A stretch of DNA of 64,000 nucleotides, from positions 310,001-374,000 of the forward strand of contig JAPDFW010000033.1 of NCBI GenBank assembly GCA_028826165.1, written 5' to 3'. Below are positions 37,557 through 50,434 of the stretch, in pieces. The stretch comes from Anaeramoeba ignava BMAN (taxonomy: Eukaryota; Protista; Anaeramoebae). Under the pieces are notes generated by a model that searched no databases, had not been told where the DNA came from, and saw nothing but the letters and a program-made list of their open reading frames with translations. The position numbers and the translations under genes were made by a program. Position 1 is the first letter of the stretch; every line of letters starts with the position of its first letter.

Positions 37557-37819
37557 AATTAAATCAAGAAAAAAAGGAAATTTAAAAGAGAAAAAAATGA
37601 ATTTTTAATTTTAATTTTAAATTTAATTTTAATTTTAATTTTTGATTTTAATTTTAATTTTAATTTTAATTTTGATTTTAATTTTGATTTTAATTTTGAT
37701 TTTAATTTTAAATTTTAATTTTAATTTTAATTTTATTTTTAATTTTAATTTTGATTTTAATTTTTCATTTTTCATTTTTCATTTTTCATTTTTCTCTTAA
37801 TTTTGATTTTCATAAAATT

Positions 37820-39256
37820 ATGAACATTTTTGTCGCTTTTCTTGGCTCAAAAGATATTTGTGGATGGCCTTATAAATCTTTCGATTTTGATGCACAAATC
37901 CAAAAAATAAAAAAAACCTTAACAAACATCGAAAACATCAACAACGAAAAAGTTGAATTTTTTGGATTCAAACACATTGAAAACGATCGAAACATAGTAG
38001 AAAGCTACAAAGAAATGGAAAAAGCTGACGGATTAATAATTGCAACAATCACAGCAGAATTTGCCTCATTAGGACCATCAATATCAAAGCTATGCGAAAT
38101 GGACATACCAACAATTGTTTACAACATCCCATTCAGCGTGTATTACGACGGCTTTGCAACCCTCTACCACTCAGGAGTCAAGGCGCTTCTTGTGTCTTCA
38201 TCCGATCCAAAAGATCTCCAACAAGCTCTTATAGCTGTCAATACAGTTGTCAAGTTGAAAAAACTCAATTTACTCATCGTTCGTGATCTCGATCACGACT
38301 ATTCCAAAATTGAAAAGGATATGCTAGACCCCGCGCGCTGGAAAGGCCCCAAATATGTGCGCATGATCAAGGAAATTTTTGGCGTTTCTTTGATTTTTGC
38401 AGAATCAAATGAACTGTTGAAATGCTATGATTCTGTTGATGATAAAATGGTCGAAAATGATCTCGTGAAAATCGACGAGAAAACCATCAAAGAGCCGCCC
38501 AAAACGGATCTATTCCGCGCAGTCAAGATGTATTACGCAATGAAAAAACTCATGGAAGAAAGGAATTGCAATGGAATCACTGTTGACTGTTTATCTTATA
38601 TTCGGGAAAAAAAACTGCCAATTTCACCCTGCTATGGGCTTTCGCGTTTACTCCGCGAAGGCGTGCCAGCAGGATGCGAGGGTGATGTCGACTCCACAAT
38701 TACCTTGGCCATCTCCTTATATCTTACTCAAATTCCGGGATTTATGGGAGACCCTGTTTTGGATCATGCGAACAAGCAACTCACTCTTGCTCACTGCACC
38801 TCAAGCTGTAGGCTCTGCACACCCCAAAAAGACATCGAAGATGTGGACTATTTTTTCCGCACACACAACGAGTCTCATTCTGATGTCGGCATCCAGGCTT
38901 TTATGAAGCCGAACTTGCCAGTGACTGTCATGAAAATCATGCATTCTGGATTTGCTCAATTTATTGGTCAGCCCACTGTCTTTACTTCCACTTCTTTTAT
39001 CGGCTATCATCTGCTGTGCTACGAGTCAAAGACCTCTACTACTGTTGTCGATGACCACGAGTGGGGTTGCAGGACTAAGATCTCGATTTCTCTTCCACAA
39101 AAAGTGATTAGGAATTTCGAAAAGAATTTTTTTGGTCATCATCGTATTCTTGTTTATGGTCATCATGAAGTTAAACTTAGGCAAGTGTGTGATCTTTTGG
39201 GAATTACTTTTCATGCCAAGTTATTTTTGAAACCTGAAATTTTAAAAGTTAAATGA
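37820..39256 (+). CDS. L-fucose/L-arabinose isomerase (FucI/AraA)-related protein, prokaryotic type
   Basis: Intronless, visibly higher GC; motifs GITVDC..PCYGLS.L..GVPAGCEGDV, GFMGD, LAHCT, CRTK, GHHRILVYG typical of prokaryotic fucose-isomerase-like proteins. True ATG at 37820. Confidence 0.78.
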   Translation: MNIFVAFLGSKDICGWPYKSFDFDAQIQKIKKTLTNIENINNEKVEFFGFKHIENDRNIVESYKEMEKADGLIIATITAEFASLGPSISKLCEMDIPTIVYNIPFSVYYDGFATLYHSGVKALLVSSSDPKDLQQALIAVNTVVKLKKLNLLIVRDLDHDYSKIEKDMLDPARWKGPKYVRMIKEIFGVSLIFAESNELLKCYDSVDDKMVENDLVKIDEKTIKEPPKTDLFRAVKMYYAMKKLMEERNCNGITVDCLSYIREKKLPISPCYGLSRLLREGVPAGCEGDVDSTITLAISLYLTQIPGFMGDPVLDHANKQLTLAHCTSSCRLCTPQKDIEDVDYFFRTHNESHSDVGIQAFMKPNLPVTVMKIMHSGFAQFIGQPTVFTSTSFIGYHLLCYESKTSTTVVDDHEWGCRTKISISLPQKVIRNFEKNFFGHHRILVYGHHEVKLRQVCDLLGITFHAKLFLKPEILKVK

Positions 39257-39366
39257 AAATCCAAAATTTATTTTTTTCTTTTCAAAAATGAACCAAATAA
39301 AATAACAAAACCAATTCAATTTAAATTTAAAAATGAAAATGAAAATGAAAATGAAAAACAAATTAA

Positions 39367-40992
39367 ACAAATTTATTTGCAACAATTTTCCTTTTTAAAA
39401 ATGGAAAAGCAATAGAATATTTACATAAGCAATATTCAAATCAAAATCCTGAAAAAATTCAAATTGAAGAAAATATTCAAAAAGTAACTGTTGGTTTTCA
39501 AAATGAAGCTATTTTAACAATAGAAGGAAATGTATTTGCCAAAGGAAAAGATATTAATCCAAATAATCCAAATAAATTTATCAATATTTCATCATTAATT
39601 GAAGATACAAATGATAGAATAATTGAAGATGTTGTTTCTGGAGCTAATTCAATTTACTTATTAACTTCAAATCAAAATGTTTATGGAATTGGTTCAAATG
39701 GATCTGGTCAACTTGGTTCTCAATCAATCCAAAAAACACAAAAACCAATTTTAATGATGAAAAATGTTTCTAAAATATTTTCAGGAATTATCTCTTATAA
39801 TGTTTTTCTTTTAAATTTAAATCAAGAATTATTTGGATGTGGTTTTAACAGTTATGCTCAACTTGGATTAGGAGAATCAAGAAAAGAAACAAAAATCCAA
39901 AAATTAACCAAAATCCAAAATATTCCAAAAGGTAAAATAATTGATATTCAATCTGGATATACTCATTCAATAATGTTGATTGAAGATGAAAATGAAAATC
40001 CAAAAAGAAAACTTTATTCATGTGGAGATTGTTCCTTAAATGGTATTGGCAAAAATCAAGATACTTATGAATTTACTGAAATTAAAACATCTTTATTTGA
40101 AAATGATGATGATATTCTTGATTTTTCTGTTGGTGATAATCATACTTTGATTTTAACAAAAAAAGGGAAATTAATTGGATTTGGAGATAATAAATTTGGT
40201 CAATTAGGAACTGGAGATACAGAAAATCAATCAATTCCAATTCAAATTGAACTTCCTAAATTAAGATTTAATGAAAATATTTCTAATTATCATATTTCTT
40301 GTGGATATTCCATTTCGTTTCTTTATTATTCTCCTCCTTTTTCCAATCTTGAAGAAGATTTGATAAAATTATTTGAAAGAAAAGAATTTTGTGATATTTC
40401 ATTTAAAACCAAAAATGGAGAAATAATCAAAGCTCATAAATTAATATTAAAATATAGATTAAATCAAAATCAAAATCAAATTGGAAAACTTCAAGAAATT
40501 ATTTCAAAAAAATCAATTAAAGAATCAAATCAAATATTTGAAATGATTTATTCAAATAATTCCAAAATAAATCCAATATTATATTTTGAAATTAAAGAAA
40601 TTATAAATTCCAATGAAAAAATAGAAGAAACAATTAAAAGAATTTATTTAAATGAAAAAGAAAATGAAAATGATTTTATAATTGAAAGAAAAGAAAAACA
40701 ATATAAATTCCCCAAATTAATATTAATAATGAGAAGTGAATTATATCGAGGAATGTTTTTATCTGTAATAAATGATACTTCTAATAAAGTTACAGATTAT
40801 AGTGAATTAAGTAATAAATCATTTCAAATATTTGAATATTGGATTTATTCAAATCAAATTAAAAATGAAATTGAAATTACTCAAGAAATGATTGATGAAA
40901 TTGAAATTGGAATTGATTATTTTCAATTAAATCAAACAAATCCAAATTTATTTGATTTATTAATTAACAAATTTAATAATCAAAATCAATAA
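39367..40992 (+). CDS. RCC1-repeat + BTB protein; 5' end frameshifted or truncated
   Basis: The open frame extends upstream of the tracked Met to 39367 (ATIFLFKNGKAIEY...); RCC1 motifs GFNSYAQLGLG, SGYTHS, GDNHTL, GDNKFGQLGTG; BTB FCDISF..IKAHKLIL and LIMRSELYRGMF. No in-frame ATG before 39754. Confidence 0.75.
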   Translation, partial: TNLFATIFLFKNGKAIEYLHKQYSNQNPEKIQIEENIQKVTVGFQNEAILTIEGNVFAKGKDINPNNPNKFINISSLIEDTNDRIIEDVVSGANSIYLLTSNQNVYGIGSNGSGQLGSQSIQKTQKPILMMKNVSKIFSGIISYNVFLLNLNQELFGCGFNSYAQLGLGESRKETKIQKLTKIQNIPKGKIIDIQSGYTHSIMLIEDENENPKRKLYSCGDCSLNGIGKNQDTYEFTEIKTSLFENDDDILDFSVGDNHTLILTKKGKLIGFGDNKFGQLGTGDTENQSIPIQIELPKLRFNENISNYHISCGYSISFLYYSPPFSNLEEDLIKLFERKEFCDISFKTKNGEIIKAHKLILKYRLNQNQNQIGKLQEIISKKSIKESNQIFEMIYSNNSKINPILYFEIKEIINSNEKIEETIKRIYLNEKENENDFIIERKEKQYKFPKLILIMRSELYRGMFLSVINDTSNKVTDYSELSNKSFQIFEYWIYSNQIKNEIEITQEMIDEIEIGIDYFQLNQTNPNLFDLLINKFNNQNQ

Positions 40993-41000
40993 AAAATAAA

Positions 41001-41288
41001 AATTAAAATTAATTTCAAATTGAATTATTTAATATTCTTTAGTTAATTTTTGAAATAAATTGATTAAAATATTTCATTAATTTTATTAAATTATTTTTAA
41101 TAGCTTTAGATTATTTTAAATAAATAAAAGTTAATAAAAAATAAGAATTAAAATTAATTTCAAATTGAATTATTTAATCTTCTTTAGTTAATTTTTGAAA
41201 TAAATTGATTAAAATATTTTATTAATTTTATTAAATTATTTTTAATAACTTTAGATTATTTTAAATAAAGAAAAAGTTAATAAAAATA
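41001..41288 (+). repeat. Two-copy tandem direct repeat, period 145 bp
   Basis: aattaaaattaatttcaaattgaattatttaat...ttaataaaaa starts at 41001 and 41146, with few substitutions. Confidence 0.85.
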
Positions 41289-41382
41289 TAAAGTAATGTT
41301 AATTCTACGCTTAGATATTAATTTTTTTATTTTTAAAATTTTTATTTTTTCATTTTTTTTTTCATTTTTTTCTTTTTTAAAA

Positions 41383-44164
41383 ATGATAAAAAATCGAAGA
41401 AACCAAACAACAAGAAAGCACACAATGCCACAAAAAACAGAAACTGCACCCACCACAGCAACAGAAAAAGCTGAAATCAAACGATTCAAAAAAGAATTAA
41501 AAAAAAAACGGAAATCACAAAAACCGTTTTTTGATTCGATTGATCAAATGAAAGAAATTTGGGAAAAAGCGCGATTATCGACGACAACAAAAGAGAAAAG
41601 AAAAGAATATATTGAAGAATTAGTTGGGCTTAGCACATCCATTGTGGTTGATATATCGAGTAGACATGACGCGTCAAGAATAATACAGTTTATAATAAAA
41701 TATGGAGAAGAAAATCAACAAAAGAAAATTCTAACGGAAATAAAAGGCAAAGTTCTTCTTCTTTGCACTCAATCTTATGGTCGTTATGTTGTCAAAAAGA
41801 TCATTCGTTATTGCAATAAGAAAATCCGTTCTTTTGTGATGCAAGAGTTGTCAGGCCATCTTATTAAGTTGTTGAGACACCGCTTTGGTAGTGATGTTCT
41901 TGATTATATTTATAAAAGATTTTCTTCATTAAATGAGAAAAAAAGAATTCTTTTGGAATGTTTTGGTACAGAATATACGATTTATTCTGTAAGAATTTTA
42001 TAAATAATTTTATAATTAATTTTATATTTAATTTTATAAATAATTTTATAAATAATTTTATTAATAAATTTATAAATAATTTTATAAATAATTTTATAAA
42101 TAATTTTATTAATAATTTTATAATTAATTTTATAAATAATTTTATAAATAATTTTATAAATAATTTTATAATTAATTTTATAAATAATTTTATAAATAAT
42201 TTTATAATTAATTTTATAATTAATTTTATAAATAATTTAATATTTTTTAATTTATAAATATTTTTATAAATAATTTTATAAATAATTTTATTAATAATTT
42301 TATAAATAATTTTATAAATAATTTTATAATTAATTTTATAAATAATTTTATTAATAATTTTATAATTAATTTTATAAATAATTTTATAAATAATTTTATA
42401 AATAATTTTATAAATAATTTTATATTTAATTTTATAAATAATTTTATATTTAATTTTATAAATAATTTTATAAATAATTTTATTAATAATTTTATATTTA
42501 ATTTTATATTTAATTTTAAATTTTATATTTAAATTTAAAATTTAATTTTATATATAATTTTATATTTAATTTTATTAATAATTTTATTAATAATTTAATA
42601 AATAATTTTAAATTTTATATTAAATTTGATAAAGAACGAAGTTAAAAATTTAAGTCAACTCATAGAAAAATTCCCTAAAAGAAAAACACAAATCCTAAAT
42701 CACATCCAACCCCTTATCGCCAACTCTTGCAACAAAAACTTACTTCATTTAGAAATCATTCAACAACTCATTCTGGAATACACAACAAATTCAAATCTTC
42801 AAAGAATCGATGATCTTATCAATTTATTTCGAGAAAAAATAACCGTTTTTATTGGATCAAAATTTGGAGCCAAAATTCTTTTTGCTTTGGTAAGCTTTTC
42901 ACTAGCAAAGCAAAGAAAAAACATCCTCAAAAACCTCAAAGGATACATCCCCAAATTATGCAAGGATCCAAATGGATTCACAGTTATAATCCGAATTTTG
43001 GATCGTGTTGATGATACTGTTCTTGTTAGTAAATCAATTTTATCGGAAATAAAAACCAACTTGTTGGATATTTTGTTGGATAAATTCGGTTCTCAAGTCA
43101 TTTTGTTTTTGCTTGCTCCAAAAAATCAAAGATATTTTTCACCTTGGCTTCTTAAACTTATGGGTCCTTCTTATGTTGAAAATAAGGATTCAGAACCAAA
43201 TAGTGATAAATCAAATCAAAATCAAAACTCAAAAATTTCCACAAGTAAAAAAGATGATGAAACAAGAAGAAATGAATTGTTGGCAAAATTAGATCAAGAT
43301 TTGGCTCATTGTTGTCTTGTAAATGCTCAAAAGTTAATTTGTTCTCAATTCGCAAGTAATGTTCTTTTGGAAGTTATTGTTAGATTAGGTGATTATAAAG
43401 ATGCTCATAATTCTTTATTTCAAACTATTTCTAATCTTATTTTTGAAAATGAAAATGAAAATTTCGAAGAAAAAGAAAATCAAAATCAAAATCAAAATCA
43501 AAATCAAAATCAAAATGAAAATCAAAATCAAAATCAAAATCAAAATCAAAATGAAAATCAAAATCAAAATCAAAATGAAAATGAAAATGAAAATTTTGAA
43601 GAAAAAGAAAATGAAAATGAAAATGAAAATGAAAATGAAAATGAAAATGAAAATGAAAATGAAAATGAAAATGAAAATGAAAATGAAAATGAAAATGAAA
43701 ATGAAAATGAAAATGAAAATGAAAATGAAAATGAAAATGAAAATGAAAATGAAAATGAAAATGAAAATCAAAATCAAAATCAAAATCAAAATCAAAATTT
43801 TGAAGAAAAAGAAAATGAAAATCAAAATCAAAATCAAAATCAAAACCAAATTGAAATGATTATGGATCATCCTATTGCTCATAGAGTTATAAAACAAGCT
43901 ATCAAACAAAATGATAAATTTGCACAATTCTTTTTAAAAGAAATAAAACAAAAATCAAAACAGAAAAATAGAAATTTCTTTCAAGAATTTTTGAAAATGA
44001 GAGCAATATTTGTTATTATTGCTCTTTTAGAAAACAAACAAACTCAAAAAGATACATTAAATGAAATCACTCCATTAATTTCTCAATTAAAACAATCAAT
44101 AAATTCAAAAGAATTTCAAGGAATTAAAATATTAATTGAAGTTTTTGATTCTTTAAAAAAATAA
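41383..44164 (+). CDS. PUM3: PUM3/Puf6 (Puf-A) nucleolar Pumilio-like protein
   Basis: Exon 1 41383-41988 ([34 protein letters not shown]); intron 41989-42634; exon 2 ([27 protein letters not shown] region, HPIAHRVIK) with an EN/QN tract. Confidence 0.88.
42000..42600. repeat. Intronic 12-mer (AATTTTATAAAT)n
   Basis: G/C-free 12-nt periodic repeat. Confidence 0.9.
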
Positions 44165-44329
44165 AAATGAATTCAAAAACAAATCAAAATACATTTTTTT
44201 TGGATTTTTTTTTTAAAAGAATTTTAGATCAATTAATAGAATCAAAATAAAAGAAAAAAGAATAAAAAAATTTTTTGATTGAATTTTTATTGAATTTTGT
44301 ATTTTGTAAAAAAAAAGAAATCAAATGAA

Positions 44330-44872
44330 TTAATTCATTCCACCAAACATGACAGGATTTTCTTCACCTTGTTGACCTGAAACTCTTTTAAAATCTGACA
44401 TATTAGTATCAACAGCGGGCATACCAAACAACGATATTCTATGAACAATAGTGTTTGGGGAATCAGCCTGATTATTCTGAATAAAAATAACAAGGGAATC
44501 AACATTTTGAAACAAAACGTAACGCAATTTGATTTCTTCACCGTTAACGACATCATCATCAGAAAGCGTGAGCTGTTGAATGGGTCTCAAGTCGTTCACG
44601 TCAGAGAAACCGATGTCTCTTCTGTTCACAAATAGTTTGATGTCCTTGGGACTTGTGCCGTCATCTGGACCGAAGACGTGAATTGAATATAATTTCACCT
44701 TTTGCGTAAATGGAATGAAAAGTAGGATTTGTTCATCAACATCGCTTTCGATTGATTCTGAATTGTTGAATTGCTTGATGACTCGTGCGATTGCTTGTTC
44801 GGAGTTTCTTACGTTTAAACATTCGGCCTCTTGCATGTTTATTAAGTCGAATAAATCTTGAGCTGCTTTCAT
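44330..44872 (-). CDS. PITHD1: PITH-domain protein
   Basis: ECLN, IESDVDEQILLFIPFTQKVKLYSI, PK.IKLFVN, LRYVLFQNVDSLVIFI are PITH signatures; intronless. Confidence 0.88.
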   Translation of the reverse strand: MKAAQDLFDLINMQEAECLNVRNSEQAIARVIKQFNNSESIESDVDEQILLFIPFTQKVKLYSIHVFGPDDGTSPKDIKLFVNRRDIGFSDVNDLRPIQQLTLSDDDVVNGEEIKLRYVLFQNVDSLVIFIQNNQADSPNTIVHRISLFGMPAVDTNMSDFKRVSGQQGEENPVMFGGMN

Positions 44873-44996
44873 TTTTCAAAACAAGAAATTTTCAAAAGAA
44901 AAAAATGAAAAATTAAAATTGAAAAAAAATTTATTTTGGATTTTTATTATTTTGAGAAAAAAAAAATGTTCTGAATAATTAAATTTGGAATAGGTT

Positions 44997-46770
44997 TTAA
45001 ACACCTAAATAATCTTGAGAAATTGTAGCCATTCCGACCATCTAATTGAATAAATAAGAAAAGGATGAAAAAATGAGAGAAAAATTTAAAAAAAATGAGA
45101 GAAAATTCTTTTTTGTTTTTTTACTTTATTTTCATCAACAACAAAAACTTTAATTCTAACATGCGAACCTATTTGGATTTTACGAGATTCATCTGGGCTT
45201 TTAAAACATGGAGGTGTTGAATTTGGATCATAAGTCATATCTTCTGGAATATTTTTTGAGTATACCAATACACTTAAAGGACCGACGTTAACAGTAAATC
45301 CAGCCTTTGGATCAATATCAATTTTAAATTTTAAATCAAATTTTAAATTTTAAATCAATTTTAATTTTATATCAAATTTTAAATTTTAAATCAAATTTTA
45401 ATTTTATATCAATTTTAAATCAATTTTATATCAATTTTAAATCAATTTAATATCAATTTTATATCAATTTTAAATCAAATTTAAATCAATTTTAAATCAA
45501 TTTTAAATCAATTTTATATCAATTTTATATCAATTTTAAATTAATTTTATATCAATTTTAAATTAATTTTATATCAATTTTATATCAATTTTAAATCAAT
45601 TTTAAATCAATTTTATATCAATTTTATATCAATTTTATATCAATTTTAAATCAATTTTATATCAATTTTATATCAATTTTAATTTTAAATCAATTTTAAA
45701 TTAATTTTAAATCAATTTTATATCAATTTTTAAATCAATCAATTTTTTTATATCAATTTTAAATCAATTTTTATCAATCAATTTTAAATCAATTTTAATT
45801 AATTTTATATCAATTTTATATCAATTTTATATCAATTTTAAATCAATTTTATATTTCAATTTTAAATCAATTTTAATCAATTTTAAATCAATTTTTATAT
45901 TAATTTTATATCAATTTTATATCAATTTTTATATCAATTTTATATTAATTTTATATCAATTTTTATATTCAATTTTTTTATCAATTTTTATAATTTTTTT
46001 TATATCAATTTTTATATCAATTTTAAATTAATTTTAATTCAATTTTATATTAATTTTAAATCAATTTTAAATCAATTTTAAATTAATTTTAAATCAATTT
46101 TAAATCAATTTTATATCAATTTTATATTAATTTTTAATTCAATTTTTTTTATATCAATTTTATATCATTTTTATCAATTTTATCAAATTTTAAATCAATT
46201 TTTATATCAATTTTATATCAATTTTATATCAATTTTAAATCAATTTTAAATCAATTTTATATCAATTTTATATCAATTTTATATCAATTTAATATCAATT
46301 TTAAATTTTATATCAATTTTATATCAATTTAATATCAATTTTAAATCAATTTTATATCAATTTTATATAAATTTTAAATCAATTTTATATCAATTTTAAT
46401 TCAATTTAATATCAATTTTAATTCAATTTTAAATCAATTTTAATTCAATTTTATATTAATTTTAAATTTAATTTCCAATTAAATCTACTTCAGAAATTAA
46501 CTCAACAATTCCATTAACAATTTCATTTTTAAAAATATGAAAAACAACAGCTTCATATTGAATAGGAAAAACAGCATAACCAGTATTGTCTTCTATTCTT
46601 GCTTTTCCAACAACAGACATTTGTATAACAGAAACAATATAACCCCATTTAGGATGTGTTGTTCCTTCAACTTCTTGTTCAAATTTTTCTTTGATTGTTT
46701 CTTGTAAATGAGGTCCCAAATCTTTGGGATGAATTCTTAAATTATAATTTAAAATTAATCGAAAAAACAT
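44997..46770 (-). CDS. RPB7: RNA polymerase II subunit RPB7
   Basis: Exons 46770-46489 (MFF...LRIHPKDLGP...EVEGT), 45304-45125 (GFTVNVGPL...IPEDM.YDPNSTPPCF...GSHVRIK), 45041-44997 (..TISQDYLGV*). Confidence 0.93.
45312..46470. repeat. Intronic 11-mer (ATCAATTTTAA/T)n
   Basis: 11-nt periodic repeat in RPB7 intron 1. Confidence 0.9.
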
Positions 46771-47015
46771 TTTTTTTTTTCAATTAAAATAGAAAAATGA
46801 AAAATGAAAAATGAAAATGAAAAATTAAAAATTAAAAATGAAAATGAAAAAATTAAAAAATTAAAAATTAAAAAATTAATTATTGTTAGCAAAATTCATT
46901 CAATTTTTGGAAAATGAAAATATTTTATCAAAAAAAAATCAAATCAAAAAAAAATAACATTCTTTTTTTCTGATTAAAATTTTTCATTTCAAATTGAAGA
47001 AGATTTTGATAAGAA

Positions 47016-50000
47016 TTATCTGTGAGTTGCAAAGAAAATCATACCAAGTACAAATCCAAGGAAATTTAAAGAAATAATTGTTATTGAATCAGCCATAGTA
47101 ACACTCCAAAGTTTTCCACATTGATCTTTCTAAAAATTTTGTTATAAATTTAATTATAAATTTAATTATAAATTTTGTTATAAATTTAATTATAAATTTT
47201 GTTATAAATTTAATTATAAATTTTATTATAAATTTAATTATAAATTTAATTATAAATTTAGTTATAAATTTAATTATAAATTTAATTATAAATTTAATTA
47301 TAAATTTAATTATAAATTTAATTATAAATTTAATTATAAATTTTGTTATAAATTTAATTATAAATTTTGTTATAAATTTAATTATAAATTTAATTATAGA
47401 TTTAATTATAAATTTAATTATAAATTTAATTATAAATTTAATTATAAATATAATTATAGATTTAATTATAAATTTAATTATAAATTTTATTTTAGATTTA
47501 ATTATAAATTTAATTATAAATATAATTATAAATTTAATTATAAATTTAATTATAAATTTAATTATAAATTTAATTATAAATTTAATTATAAATTTAATTA
47601 TAAATTTAATTATAAATTTAATTATAAATTTTAATTATAAATTTTAATTATAAATATAATTATAAATTTAATTATAAATTTTATTATAAATTTAATTATA
47701 AATTTAATTATAAATTTAATTATAAATTTAATTATAAATTTAATTATAAATTTAATTATAAATTTAATTATAAATTTAATTATAAATTTAATTATAAATT
47801 TAATTATAAATTTAATTATAAATTTAATTATAAATTTAATTATAAATTTAATTATAAATTTAATTTATAAATTTAATTATAAATTTAATTATAAATTTAA
47901 TTATAAATTTAATTATAAATTTTAATTATAAAATTTATTTATAAATTTAATTATAAATTTAATTATAAAATTTATTTATAAATTTAATTATAAAATTTAA
48001 TTATAAATTTAATTATAAATTTAATTATAAATTTAATTATAAATTTTGTTATAAATTTAATTATAAATTTAATTATAAATTTAATTATAAATTTAATTAT
48101 AAATTTTGTTATAAATTTAATTATAAATTTAATTATAAATTTTATTATAGATTTAATTATAAATTTAGTTTAGATTTAATTATAAATTTAATTATAAATT
48201 TTGTTATAAATTTAATTATAAATTTAATTATAAATTTTGTTATAAATTTAATTATAAATTTAATTATAAATTTAATTATAAATTTAATTATAAATTTAAT
48301 TATAAATTTAATTATAAATTTAATTATAAATTTAATTATAAATTTAATTATAAATTTTAATTATAAATTTTAATTATAAATTTAATTATAAATTTAATTA
48401 TAAATTTAATTATAAATTTAATTATAAATTTAATTATAAATTTAATTATAAATTTTGTTTTAAATTTAATTATAAATTTAATTATAAATTTAATTATAAA
48501 TTTTGTTATAAATTTAATTATAAATTTAGTTATAAATTTAATTATAAATTTAAATTTAATTATAAATTTAATTATAAATTTAGTTATAAATTTAGTTATA
48601 AATTTTAATTATAAATTTAATTATAAATTTAATTATAAATTTAATTATAAATTTAATTATAAATTTAATTATAAATTTAATTATAAATTTAATTATAAAT
48701 TTAATTATAAATTTTGTTTTAAATTTAATTATAAAATTTATTTTAGATTTAATTATAAATTTTGATTATAAATTTAATTATAAATTTTATTTATAAATTT
48801 AATTATAAATTTTGTTATAAATTTAATTATAAATTTAATTATAAATTTAATTATAAATTTGATTATAAATTTAATTATAAATTTTGTTATAAATTTAATT
48901 ATAAATTTAATTATAAATTTAATTATAAATTTAATTATAAATTTAGTTATAAATTTTGTTTTAGATTTAATTATAAATTTTGTTATAAATTTAATTATAG
49001 ATTTAGTTATAAATTTAATTATAAATTTAATTATAAATTTAGTTATAAATTTTATATAAATTATTTTGAATTTTGATTTAAATTTAATTATAAATTTAGT
49101 TATAAATTTAATTATAGATTTAATTATAGATTTAATTATAAATTTTAATTTATAAATTTTGTTATAAATTTTGTTATAAATTTTGTTATAAATTTAATTA
49201 TAAATTTAGTTATAAAATTTTGTTATAAATTTAATTATAAATATTATTATAAATTTATAACTAAATTTAATTATAAATTTAATTATAAATTTAATTATAA
49301 ATTTAATTTTAAATTTAGTTATAAATTTAGTTATAAATTTTAATTATAAATTTTGTTGTAAATTTTGTTATAAATTTAATTATAAATTTTGTTATAAATT
49401 TTGTTATAAATTTAATTATAAATTTAATTATAAATTTAATTATAAATTTTATTATAAATTTAATTATAAATTTTGTTATAAATTTAATTATAAATTTAAT
49501 TATAAATTTAATTATAAATTTTGTTATAAATTTAATTATAAATTTTGTTATAAATTTAATTATAAATTTTGTTATAAATTTAATTATAGATTTAATTATA
49601 AATTTTGAAATAAATTTAATTATAAATTTAATTATAAATTTAGTTATAAATTTAATTATAAATTTAATTATAAATTTTGAAATAAATTTAATTATAAATT
49701 TAATTATAAATTTAATTATAAATTTAATTATAATTTTATAAATTTAGTTATAAATTTAATTATAAATTTTGTTATAAATTTAGTTATAAATTTAATTATA
49801 AATTTAATTATAAAATTTATTTTAGATTTAATTATAAATTTTGTTTTAGATTTTGTTATAAATTTTCAAATGAAAAAAAAAAATTTACAACTCCATCTTT
49901 TGAAGCCCAAACAAGACCAACAACAGACCAAACAAATAAAAACAAACTTAAACCAGTTGAAGTAGCAGATCTAGATTGGTATTGATCAACAACCATTGAG

Positions 50001-50279
50001 CTCAAATAAGAAAGAACAATTCCACCACCAAAAGTTACATTGCAAACTAAAATCCAACTCCAAAGTTTTTCAGAACAATCAATATTTCGATCTGGATAAG
50101 CAATAAGTAATGATGGCACCATAAATACTGCAATTACTAAAAGTAAACAAATACCTGAAATCACAATTACGAATATTAACGAACTAATTAAATCATTATT
50201 TAATTCAAAAATTATTTTATTTATTAAAAAGAAATTATTTAATTAATCAAGAATACTTTGATTTATCTGGTTTTTTCAT
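47016..50279 (-). CDS. 4-TM membrane protein, paralog E (most divergent)
   Basis: Exons 50279-50257, 50183-49889, 47129-47016; AYPD..IDC..LW.W, W...G.VWA..DGV|KDQCGKLW. Confidence 0.82.
47135..49860. repeat. Intronic 12-mer satellite (TTATAAATTTAA)n
   Basis: About 2.7 kb array inside paralog E intron 2. Confidence 0.93.
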
Positions 50280-50434
50280 TTTGCTATTTAAAAAAAAGAA
50301 TAAAAAGAAAAAGAATAAAAAAAGAAAAAAATGAATTATTTTTTTTTATTGAAAATTAAAAAATGAAAAATTAAAATGAAAAATTGAAAAATTAAAATGA
50401 AAAATTGAAAAGAATTTTTTTTGTTAAATCAATC

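Noticed and set aside
28412-44164. Two PUF-family genes as a functional cluster
   Set aside because: Puf4/5-type and PUM3/Puf6 are ancient, distinct subfamilies separated by unrelated genes; proximity is probably chance.
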